From NCBI GenBank assembly GCA_900321605.1, contig ONWR01000005.1:39409-103408 (forward strand): 64,000 bases of DNA, written 5' to 3'. Positions 39,266-47,272 of this stretch are shown here, one piece after another. This DNA is from an uncultured Bacteroidales bacterium. Lineage in GTDB: Bacteria; Bacteroidota; Bacteroidia; Bacteroidales; Paludibacteraceae. The notes beneath the pieces were generated by a model. That model searched no databases and was not told the origin of the DNA. It worked only from the letters and a program-made list of their open reading frames with translations. Both the position numbers and the translations under genes were made by a program. How positions within the stretch are numbered: position 1 is the first letter of the stretch; every line of letters begins with the position of its first letter.

Positions 39266-39327
39266 TTGCACTTTTTGCACTTTCTGCACTTTCACGTATC
39301 AAAGTGCAAATAGTGCAAATAGTGCAA
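39266..39327. repeat. Long imperfect inverted repeat built from TGCACTTT nonamers (27-bp arms, 24/27 complementary)
   Basis: TTGCACTTTTTGCACTTTCTGCACTTT-cacgtatc-AAAGTGCAAATAGTGCAAATAGTGCAA. Confidence 0.85.
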
Positions 39328-39388
39328 TGTCATTTTTTTATAACTTCGGACTTTTTCTTTTCCCCATTCATTTTCTCCTTTCTATATA

Positions 39389-39413
39389 GTATTATATACA
39401 AAGTATATAATAC
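39389..39413. promoter_or_regulatory. Perfect 25-bp palindrome GTATTATATAC-AAA-GTATATAATAC, a candidate operator
   Basis: It uses the same half-site as 17532-17555 but in the opposite arrangement. It lies upstream of the EF-G paralogue. Confidence 0.4.
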
Positions 39414-39434
39414 AGAGCATTTTAATCTTTAGTT

Positions 39435-39523
39435 ATTCGTTATATATTCGTTATTTATTCGTTAATCATTCACGGTACTGGAACGGACTTGGAACGGACT
39501 CGGAACGGAGTCAGGAAGGAGCA
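39435..39523. repeat. Two adjacent 11-bp tandem arrays (ATTCGTTA(T/A)NN x3, then GGAACGGA(C/G)T(N) x3-4)
   Basis: The units are direct and head-to-tail, with a period of 11 bp. Confidence 0.9.
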
Positions 39524-39640
39524 GGCATCTTACGTGGACGTACGGGATGCGTAATAATCGTTCATTCTTACCATTTTCAGGGTCATTTGGGGTGAAAAGA
39601 AACAGAAGAACGATATTTTTTACAAAAAAATACATTTTTA

Positions 39641-39672
39641 TTTGCATATGTGCAATTTTTTTTGTAATTTTG
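39641..39672 (+). promoter_or_regulatory. Bacteroidota-type promoter for the EF-G paralogue (-7 TAATTTTG)
   Basis: TTTG-N20-TAATTTTG. Confidence 0.65.
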
Positions 39673-39732
39673 CCCCGATTTTGCTACATTGAGTTTGCAA
39701 AACAATAAAAAATCCTTAAATACTAACACATT

Positions 39733-41889
39733 ATGGCTAAAGTTTATCAAGCATCTGAGATCAAGAACGTCGCTATGTTGGGCGGCTCGGGATCGGGTAA
39801 AACGACTCTCATGGAGTCGATGTTGTTTGAAAGCGGGGTGATTAAACGCCGCGGTTCGATTGAGCAGCAATCCACCGTGTGCGATTATTTCCCGGTAGAG
39901 AAAGAGTACGGCTACTCCGTTTTCTCCACAGTTTGTAACATTGAGTTCGAAGGCAAGAAACTGAACGTGATCGATTGCGCAGGTTCGGACGACTTCTGCG
40001 GTGGAACCGTAGCAGCTCTCCAGATGTGCGGCTCGGCGCTCATCGTCCTCTCCGCGAACGGCGGCGTGGAAGTGGGCACGCAGAACAACTTCCGTCTCGT
40101 TGAGAAAGCACACAAACCGCTGGCATTCGTCATCAATAAATGCGACCACGAGAACGCAGACTTCGAGCGCACGTACGCGCAATTAAAGGAGAACTTTGGC
40201 AATAAGTGTACGCTGATCCAGTTCCCGGTGAATGCCGGAGCAGGTTTCAACGCTGCTATCGATGTCCTCAAGGGCAAGATGCTCGTTTGGAAAGCAGAGG
40301 GTGGAGCTCCTGAGATGAAGGACATCCCCGCTGAGTACGCTGATAAGGTGGCTGAGATGCGTCAGCAGCTTCAAGAGCAGGCAGCAGAGGCAGACGAGAC
40401 GCTGTTGGATAAGTTCCTCGGCGAAGGTCTGACTGACGAAGAGATCATGCAGGGTCTGAAATCCGTTTATGCAGACGGTTCGATGTACCCGGTTATCTGC
40501 TGCTCGGGTCTCAAAGATATGGGTGTTCGTCGTCTGATGGACTTCCTGAACGGTATGGCTCCGAGCCCTGCACAGTTCAGTTATCCGACGGTGGATGGCA
40601 AGAAGATCAGTCCGGACGCTTCGGCTCCGACAAGCCTGTATGTCTTCAAGACTTCTGTGGAACCGCATATCGGCGAGGTGAACTATTTCCGCGTAATGCA
40701 AGGAACCGTTCGTAACGGCGATGATCTTCTGAACATGGAGCGCGGCTCGAAAGAGCGTATCTCACAGCTCTATCAGGTTGCCGGTTCGATCCGTACTGCC
40801 GTAGATGAGTTGCAGGCAGGTGACATCGGTGCTACTGTGAAGCTTAAAGATACCCGTACGGGCAACACGCTGAATGCGAAAGAGTGTGACAACCAATATG
40901 CTCCGATCGTTTATCCGCAGCCGCGTTACCGCCGTGCTATCAAGCCGGTAACTGAGTCTGATGCAGAGAAACTCGCAGCACTCTTGACTCGTATGCACGA
41001 GGAGGATCCGACTTGGGTAGTAGAGCAGTCCAAAGAGCTTCGTCAGATGATCGTTTCCGGTCAAGGAGAGTTCCACCTGCGTACCCTCAAATGGCGTCTG
41101 GAGAACAACGATAAGATGATGGTTGAGTTCCTCGAGCCGAAGATCCCGTATCGTGAGACGATCACGAAGGCAGCTCGTGCTGACTATCGTCATAAGAAAC
41201 AATCCGGTGGAGCCGGTCAGTTCGGTGAGGTTCACTTGATCGTGGAACCGTACGAGGAAGGTATGCCGGTTAAGGAGACCTATAAGTTTGGTAATCAGGA
41301 GTATAAGATCTCTGTAAAGGATCAGCAGGAGATCAACCTCGAATGGGGTGGTAAACTGATCATCATCAACTCCATCGTCGGCGGTGCTATCGATGCACGC
41401 TTCATTCCGGCTATCGTCAAGGGTATCATGGATCGTATGGAGCAAGGCCCGTTGACCGGTTCGTATGCACGCGACGTGCGCGTCATTATTTATGATGGTA
41501 AGATGCACCCGGTTGACTCGAACGAAATCTCCTTCCGTCTGGCAGGCCGTAACGCGTTCGCACAAGCCTTCAAAGAGGCGAACCCGAAAGTCCTTGAGCC
41601 GGTTTATGACCTTGAAGTGTTCGTTCCGTCGGAGATCATGGGCGATGTGATGTCGGACATCAACGGTCGTCGTGGTATGGTAATGGGTATGGAGACTGAG
41701 AAATCGTTTACCCGCCTCAAAGCACAAGTACCTTTGAAAGAGCTCTCGAGTTATTCGACGACTCTCAGTTCGCTGACCGGTGGACGTGCAACCTTCACGA
41801 TGTCGTTCAACTCGTACCAACTCGTTCCGGCAGACGTTCAGGAGAAACTCCTTGCTGCTTACGCTGCTACTCAGAACGAGGAAGAGTAA
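39733..41889 (+). CDS. Elongation factor G family GTPase (paralogue, not in an str operon context)
   Basis: G1 GGSGSGKT and G3 DCAGSDDF, followed by EF-G domains II-V; 718 aa. Confidence 0.85.
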   Translation: MAKVYQASEIKNVAMLGGSGSGKTTLMESMLFESGVIKRRGSIEQQSTVCDYFPVEKEYGYSVFSTVCNIEFEGKKLNVIDCAGSDDFCGGTVAALQMCGSALIVLSANGGVEVGTQNNFRLVEKAHKPLAFVINKCDHENADFERTYAQLKENFGNKCTLIQFPVNAGAGFNAAIDVLKGKMLVWKAEGGAPEMKDIPAEYADKVAEMRQQLQEQAAEADETLLDKFLGEGLTDEEIMQGLKSVYADGSMYPVICCSGLKDMGVRRLMDFLNGMAPSPAQFSYPTVDGKKISPDASAPTSLYVFKTSVEPHIGEVNYFRVMQGTVRNGDDLLNMERGSKERISQLYQVAGSIRTAVDELQAGDIGATVKLKDTRTGNTLNAKECDNQYAPIVYPQPRYRRAIKPVTESDAEKLAALLTRMHEEDPTWVVEQSKELRQMIVSGQGEFHLRTLKWRLENNDKMMVEFLEPKIPYRETITKAARADYRHKKQSGGAGQFGEVHLIVEPYEEGMPVKETYKFGNQEYKISVKDQQEINLEWGGKLIIINSIVGGAIDARFIPAIVKGIMDRMEQGPLTGSYARDVRVIIYDGKMHPVDSNEISFRLAGRNAFAQAFKEANPKVLEPVYDLEVFVPSEIMGDVMSDINGRRGMVMGMETEKSFTRLKAQVPLKELSSYSTTLSSLTGGRATFTMSFNSYQLVPADVQEKLLAAYAATQNEEE

Positions 41890-41918
41890 TCGCCATCAAC
41901 CATGCTTGGTTGATCCTC

Positions 41919-41946
41919 AAAAAGCGCATTTCGGTGCGCTTTTTTC
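41919..41946 (+). terminator. Intrinsic terminator
   Basis: AAAAAGCGCA-TTTCGG-TGCGCTTTTTT. Confidence 0.8.
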
Positions 41947-42061
41947 GTTTATTTATGTGTATAATTTTAATAATTTTGCGAAAAAGTGGCATACACTATT
42001 GTGTATGTCATTTTTTTTTTGTACCTTTGTAGCCGATTTTGTATTTAACAATTCATTGAAA

Positions 42062-42463
42062 ATGCATATGAAAAGGCTTTTTATGCTTCTTTTTGCCATT
42101 TTAATGGCTTTCGCCGCAATGGCAAAGAGTAAAATGACGTTTGTGGTCGGTGGTCCCGAAGAGAAATACAACCAGATTAGGGTAGTGAACGAGACCTCTA
42201 TGACCAATTTCACTTGCCGCGTGGTTATCGTAGAAGGAGAGGACAAGGTCGGTTCTGTCTATGGCGTCTATAACCTCAGCGAATGGAAATCTTCGGATTC
42301 TAATACAAACAGTATTTGGCGAGGAACCAAAATGGGCATTCAGATGCCGAAAGATTTTGAAGGCGAATTGGATTTCGACATCGAATATCTCGATTTGCCG
42401 CTCTTCGATATTATTCTTATCCATCTGCATGATAAGAAAAGCGAATTTAAAAACGAGTTATAA
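42062..42463 (+). CDS. Hypothetical secreted protein
   Basis: Signal peptide MHMKRLFMLLFAILMAFAAMA. The start is trimmed from the listed 41780. A promoter TTG-N20-TACCTTTG lies at 41999-42029. Confidence 0.5.
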   Translation: MHMKRLFMLLFAILMAFAAMAKSKMTFVVGGPEEKYNQIRVVNETSMTNFTCRVVIVEGEDKVGSVYGVYNLSEWKSSDSNTNSIWRGTKMGIQMPKDFEGELDFDIEYLDLPLFDIILIHLHDKKSEFKNEL

Positions 42464-42502
42464 TAAACATTTGATATATTCATTAAAAAATAAAGTTTTA
42501 GT

Positions 42503-42916
42503 ATGAAACCAACTCACATTGAGCATTTGGGAATTGCAGTTACCTCTATCGAAGAGGCTGCTCCCTTCTTTGAGTTCCTTACAGGGAACAAGTGTTATTC
42601 TATTGAAGTAGTTGAGGATCAGAAGGTTCGTACCGCATTCTTCAAGGTTGGAGAAGTGAAGATCGAGCTTCTGGAGCCGACGAGCCCTGAGTCCACAATT
42701 GCTAAGTTCATCGAGAAGAACGGTGGTCGCGGTGGCGTACACCACGTAGCTTTCAACGTAGAGAACGTAGCAGAAGCACTGGCAGAGTGCGAGGCAGCAG
42801 GCATCCAGCTGATCGACAAAGCTCCGCGCAAAGGCGCAGAGAACCTGATGATTGCGTTCTTGCATCCGAAATCTACAAAGGGTGTTTTGACCGAGCTCTG
42901 CCAACAACCGGCATAA
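42503..42916 (+). CDS. mce: Methylmalonyl-CoA epimerase (VOC family)
   Basis: HLGIAV...VHHVAF...GVLTELCQ; 137 aa. It sits directly upstream of the decarboxylase genes. Confidence 0.8.
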   Translation: MKPTHIEHLGIAVTSIEEAAPFFEFLTGNKCYSIEVVEDQKVRTAFFKVGEVKIELLEPTSPESTIAKFIEKNGGRGGVHHVAFNVENVAEALAECEAAGIQLIDKAPRKGAENLMIAFLHPKSTKGVLTELCQQPA

Positions 42917-42954
42917 TAAATTTGAAGATTTGAGAATTTGAAGATTTGAAAATT

Positions 42955-43344
42955 ATGGCAACTTGGTCGAGGTTTGAAGATTTGCCTATTTGGCAAGATG
43001 CACGTGTTCTTGCTAAAGATATTTATCGCATATCATCAACTGATCAGTTCTCTAAAGATTACCGTTTTTGCGGACAAATCCGTGCTGCTATTGGATCAGT
43101 AATGGATAACATAGCTGAGGGATTTGAAAGGGAGAATAATAAGGAATTTATTCAATTCTTGTACTTTGCAAAGGGATCTTGTGGAGAAGTGCGCAGTCAA
43201 TTACATCGTGCCAAGGATGTAGAATTTATATCCGATGAGGTTTATAAGGAATACATAGAAAGAGCCATCAACTTAAATACTTCTATTTATAATTTTATCA
43301 AATATTTAAAAAACTCTGATGTCTTAGGTATGAGGTATTTGTAG
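42955..43344 (+). CDS. Four-helix-bundle protein (23S rRNA intervening-sequence protein / Avd-like family)
   Basis: FEDLPIWQDA, NIAEGFER and FLYFAKGSCGEVRSQL are present. GC is about 37% in a spot count, against about 50% in the flanking genes. The start is moved to ATG 42955. Confidence 0.75.
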   Translation: MATWSRFEDLPIWQDARVLAKDIYRISSTDQFSKDYRFCGQIRAAIGSVMDNIAEGFERENNKEFIQFLYFAKGSCGEVRSQLHRAKDVEFISDEVYKEYIERAINLNTSIYNFIKYLKNSDVLGMRYL

Positions 43345-43459
43345 TTGATAAATCATTATTTAATTTTCAAATTTTCAAATTGTAAATTTAATCTTCAAAT
43401 TTTCAAATTGTAAATTTAATCTTCAAATTTTCAAATTGTAAATTTTCAAATAAATTTTT
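43345..43459. repeat. AT-only tandem repeat (about 28-bp unit TTTTCAAATTGTAAATTTAATCTTCAAA, 2.5 copies)
   Basis: The repeat is direct. It contains AATCTTCAAA and AATTTTCAAA, which are reverse complements of words in the left-flank repeat 42917-42954. Confidence 0.9.
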
Positions 43460-45016
43460 ATGGATACAGAAAAATTAAACAAATTGGTTGCAAACCGTGA
43501 GAAGGCGATGGCCGGAGGCGGTGAAGCAGCGGTTGAGAAGCATCACGCAAAGGGCAGTTATACCTGCCGTGAGCGTATTAACATGCTGCTCGATGAGGGT
43601 TCGTTTGAGGAAGTGAACATGTTCCTCACGCACCGTTGCCATGATTTTGGCATGGAGAAGAAAGTGTTCTTGGGCGACGGCGTAGCTGTTGGTTCGGGTA
43701 CGATCGATGGCCGTCTGGTCTTCGTCTTTGCGCAGGACGCTACCGTCATCGGTGGTTCGTTGAGCGAGACGATGGCACTTAAGATCTGCAACGTCATGGA
43801 TCAGGCTATGAAACTCGGAGCGCCGATCATCGGTTTGAATGACTCGGGTGGCGCACGTATTCAAGAAGGTGCTTGCGCACTTGCTGGCTACGCAGAGATC
43901 TTCGAGCGTAACATCCTTGCTTCCGGTGTAGTTCCCCAGATCAGCGTGATCTTCGGTCCGTGTGCCGGTGGAGCTGTGTATAGCCCGGCGTTGACCGACT
44001 TCATCATGATGACCGAGCAGAACAGTTATATGTTCATCACCGGTCCGAAGGTAGTGAAGTCCGTTACCGGTGAAGACGTGACCGTTGAGCAACTCGGCGG
44101 TGCAAAGATCCACGCTACCAAATCCGGTGTGACCCATTTTGTGGCTGCAACCGAGGAAGAGGCACTTGCAGAAGTTCGTCGTCTCGTTTCCTTCATCCCG
44201 CAGAACAACATGGAGGAGGCTCCACGCGTAGAGTGTACCGATGACATCACCCGCGTGGATGACAACTTGAACGACATCGTTCCGGCTGACCCGAACAAAC
44301 CGTACGACATGCACGAGATCATCAATACGATTGTTGATAACGGCGATTTCATGGAGGTTCACAAAGACTACGCGAAGAACGTCATCTGCGGTTTTGCTCG
44401 TTTCAATGGTCGCTCGACCGGTATCATCGCTAACCAACCGTCTTGGCTTGCCGGTGTGCTGGACTGCGACGCAAGCCGTAAAGCAGCACGTTTCGTTCGT
44501 TTCTGCGACGCCTTCAACATCCAGATCTTGACCCTTGTTGACGTTCCGGGCTTCCTCTGCGGAACCGGACAAGAGTACGCAGGTATCATCGATCATGGAG
44601 CAAAACTGATGTTCGCTTATGGCGAAGCAACCGTTCCGAAAGTTACTATTACCGTTCGCAAATCGTACGGCGGTTCGCACATCGTGATGAGTTGTAAGCA
44701 ACTCCGCGGCGATATGTGCTACGCATGGCCGAACGCAGAGATCGCGGTAATGGGAGCAAGTGGAGCAGTGGGTGTGCTTCAAGCCAAGGCTATCAAGGCT
44801 ATCGAAGATCCCGCAGAGAAGAAAGCCTTCATTGCAGAGAAAGAGGCAGAGTACAAAGATCTGTTTGCTTCTCCGTATCAGGCAGCTAACCGCGGTTACA
44901 TCGATGATGTCATTGAGCCGCGCTACACCCGTAGCCGCATCATTCGTGCCTTTGAGATGTTGCAGACCAAGCGTCTGACTAACCCGCTCAAGAAACACTC
45001 GAATATACCATTATAA
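43460..45016 (+). CDS. mmdA: Methylmalonyl-CoA decarboxylase alpha subunit (carboxyltransferase)
   Basis: 518 aa acyl-CoA carboxyltransferase with the blocks GLNDSGGARIQEG and GPCAGGAVYSPA. Confidence 0.88.
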   Translation: MDTEKLNKLVANREKAMAGGGEAAVEKHHAKGSYTCRERINMLLDEGSFEEVNMFLTHRCHDFGMEKKVFLGDGVAVGSGTIDGRLVFVFAQDATVIGGSLSETMALKICNVMDQAMKLGAPIIGLNDSGGARIQEGACALAGYAEIFERNILASGVVPQISVIFGPCAGGAVYSPALTDFIMMTEQNSYMFITGPKVVKSVTGEDVTVEQLGGAKIHATKSGVTHFVAATEEEALAEVRRLVSFIPQNNMEEAPRVECTDDITRVDDNLNDIVPADPNKPYDMHEIINTIVDNGDFMEVHKDYAKNVICGFARFNGRSTGIIANQPSWLAGVLDCDASRKAARFVRFCDAFNIQILTLVDVPGFLCGTGQEYAGIIDHGAKLMFAYGEATVPKVTITVRKSYGGSHIVMSCKQLRGDMCYAWPNAEIAVMGASGAVGVLQAKAIKAIEDPAEKKAFIAEKEAEYKDLFASPYQAANRGYIDDVIEPRYTRSRIIRAFEMLQTKRLTNPLKKHSNIPL

Positions 45017-45050
45017 TTCGTAATTTTTAATTTTTAATTTTTAATTACAT

Positions 45051-45443
45051 ATGGTATTACTCGCAGTAACCGCAGACACATGGATTGTAACCGGACTCGG
45101 TTTCGGAATCGTTCTCGGACTTCTCTTCTGCCTCGTATTCATCATGATGGGATTCGGATGGATTATGCAGAAAGCGACAGCTCCGAAGGAACCGAAAGCG
45201 CCGAAAGAGAACAAACCCGCACAGGCTCCAATGCCTGCTGCGGGCGCTCCTTCGGAGCCCGAGAAAGCCGCTATCGCCATGGCTCTTGCGCAGGCAGGTG
45301 ATGAAGACATCGCTGCTATCGCGTACGCCCTTTATCTCGCGTGCGACGCTACACATGACATTCCAACAGCTATGATCTCGCTCAAACAACACGAGACAGC
45401 TTGGAATACAAAAAGTATTGGTATGAACAATATTGGTTTTTGA
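45051..45443 (+). CDS. OadG-like small membrane subunit of the decarboxylase
   Basis: N-terminal TM followed by an Ala/Pro-rich linker; the call also rests on operon position. Confidence 0.6.
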   Translation: MVLLAVTADTWIVTGLGFGIVLGLLFCLVFIMMGFGWIMQKATAPKEPKAPKENKPAQAPMPAAGAPSEPEKAAIAMALAQAGDEDIAAIAYALYLACDATHDIPTAMISLKQHETAWNTKSIGMNNIGF

Positions 45444-45449
45444 ACCAAT

Positions 45450-45550
45450 ATTAATCGTGCCCTTTAGGGCTAAGAACAATGTGGGCTTTTAGACCACATT
45501 AATCGTGCCCGAAAGGGCTAAGAATAATGTGGGTTTCTAAGAAACCACAT
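45450..45550 (+). repeat. 2 x about 48-bp tandem unit, each encoding two hairpins
   Basis: ATTAATCGTGCCC(TTTA/GAAA)GGGCTAAGAA(C/T)AATGTGGG...CCACAT occurs twice. Confidence 0.85.
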
Positions 45551-45568
45551 ATAAAATTAATAATTTTT

Positions 45569-46021
45569 ATGAAAGAATTTGCATTTAAAATCAACGGCGT
45601 AGAGTACAAGTGCGCTGTAGAACCCATTGAGGCCGGAAAAACGAACGTAACCGTTAACGGCAAAGTATATACCGTAGAGACCGAGGCACCTGCTGCTCCG
45701 GCTCCCAAACCTGTAGCTAAACCGGCTCCTGCTCCTGCTCCGAAGCCTGCAGCTGCTCCTGCTGCTCCTAAAGCAGAGGCTCCGAAACCTGCTGCAGCTC
45801 CTGCTGCCGGTGTTCAGGTAAAAAGCCCGCTGCCCGGTTCTGTAGTGAAGGTGCTTGTTAGCGAAGGACAGGCTGTAAAGAAAGGTGACACCCTTCTGAC
45901 CCTTGAATCCATGAAGATGGAGAACGCTATCATGGCAGAGGCTGACGGAACGGTTAAGCAGATTGCCGTTACCCCGGGTCAAAACGTTATGCAGGATGAT
46001 CTGCTCATCGTTTTGGGTTAA
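45569..46021 (+). CDS. mmdC: Biotin carboxyl carrier subunit of the decarboxylase
   Basis: Biotinyl-Lys motif ESMKMEN and an Ala/Pro linker. The start is moved to ATG 45569 (MKEFAFKING). Confidence 0.85.
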   Translation: MKEFAFKINGVEYKCAVEPIEAGKTNVTVNGKVYTVETEAPAAPAPKPVAKPAPAPAPKPAAAPAAPKAEAPKPAAAPAAGVQVKSPLPGSVVKVLVSEGQAVKKGDTLLTLESMKMENAIMAEADGTVKQIAVTPGQNVMQDDLLIVLG

Positions 46022-46058
46022 TTTTTAATTTTTAATTTTTAATTAAGAAAATTGCAAA

Positions 46059-47234
46059 ATGAATATTTTGGAATTTTTTCAAGGCATGGGATTCATGCAG
46101 ATGACGTGGCAACAAGGCGTGATGCTCTTGGTGTCCTTCTTCCTGCTATACCTTGCCATTCATAAGAAATACGAGCCGCTCTTGTTGCTGCCTATCGCCT
46201 TTGGTATGTTGCTTACCAACCTCCCGGGAGCAGGCATGTTCCATGATGAGTTATGGACAGCATTCCTGGATCCTAACAGCCCGACTTACCACTCGTATGG
46301 CGCGATCCTCAAAGGAGCCGGTCTGCTGGATGTGCTTTATATCGGTGTCAAAGCAGGTGTGTATCCCTGTCTTATCTTCATCGGTGTGGGAGCCATGACG
46401 GATTTCGGTCCGCTGATTGCGAACCCGAAGTCGCTTCTTCTTGGAGCAGCTGCGCAGATCGGTATCTTCGTGACTTTCCTGTGTGCTAACGCGATGGGCT
46501 TTAGCCCTGCTGAAGCCGGTTCTATCGGTATCATCGGTGGAGCAGATGGCCCGACGTCTATCTTTTTGACTTCTAAGCTTGCCCCGCATCTCTTAGGCCC
46601 GATCGCTATCGCTGCATATAGCTACATGGCGTTGGTTCCGGTTATTCAGCCGCCTATCATGCGTGCGCTCACTACCAAAGCAGAACGCGCAATCAAGATG
46701 GGTCAGCTTCGTCCGGTTTCCAAGACAGAGAAGATCATCTTCCCGATCATCATCACCGCTATCGTAGCGCTCATCCTGCCGGACGCAGCTCCGCTGATCG
46801 GCTGTCTGATGCTCGGTAACCTGATGAAAGAGTGTGGAGTAGTGGATCGTCTGACCAAGACCGCACAGAACGAGCTGATGAACATCGTAGTCATCTTCCT
46901 CGGTCTCTCGGTGGGTGCAACCGCTACAGCAGGCAGTTTCCTCAACCTCAAGACCTTAGGTATCCTCTCGATGGGTATCGTAGCCTTCGGTTTGGGTACC
47001 GCCGGTGGAGTGCTCTTGGCTAAGTTCATGAACCTCTTCCTTAAAGAGAAGATCAACCCGCTGATCGGTTCTGCCGGTGTGTCCGCCGTTCCGATGGCTG
47101 CACGTGTATCGCAGACCGTGGGACAAGAGGAGAACCCCTCGAACTTCCTGCTCATGCACGCTATGGGTCCGAACGTAGCCGGTGTCATCGGTTCTGCCGT
47201 TGCCGCAGGTGTCCTCCTGACGATGTTAGGATAA
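46059..47234 (+). CDS. mmdB: Sodium ion-translocating decarboxylase beta subunit
   Basis: 391 aa polytopic OadB/MmdB-like protein ([30 protein letters not shown]). Confidence 0.88.
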   Translation: MNILEFFQGMGFMQMTWQQGVMLLVSFFLLYLAIHKKYEPLLLLPIAFGMLLTNLPGAGMFHDELWTAFLDPNSPTYHSYGAILKGAGLLDVLYIGVKAGVYPCLIFIGVGAMTDFGPLIANPKSLLLGAAAQIGIFVTFLCANAMGFSPAEAGSIGIIGGADGPTSIFLTSKLAPHLLGPIAIAAYSYMALVPVIQPPIMRALTTKAERAIKMGQLRPVSKTEKIIFPIIITAIVALILPDAAPLIGCLMLGNLMKECGVVDRLTKTAQNELMNIVVIFLGLSVGATATAGSFLNLKTLGILSMGIVAFGLGTAGGVLLAKFMNLFLKEKINPLIGSAGVSAVPMAARVSQTVGQEENPSNFLLMHAMGPNVAGVIGSAVAAGVLLTMLG

Positions 47235-47272
47235 TCTTCGAATATTCAAATCCTTGAATTTTCAAATTGTTT

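Noticed and set aside
41780-42061. Long N-terminal extension of the ORF 41780..42463, which overlaps the end of the EF-G gene and its terminator.
   Set aside because: The extension runs through a terminator and a promoter. A signal peptide begins at the internal ATG 42062, right after the TACCTTTG -7 box.
42955-43344. Diversity-generating retroelement, because the four-helix-bundle protein belongs to the Avd-like family.
   Set aside because: There is no reverse transcriptase ORF and no template/variable repeat pair anywhere in the window. The gene is solitary.
43345-43459. Possible CRISPR array, given regularly spaced repeats here and at 18253-18329 and 20775-20839.
   Set aside because: The repeats are contiguous AT-rich oligomers with no unique spacers of CRISPR size. 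The units are 7-34 bp, and there are no cas genes in the window.
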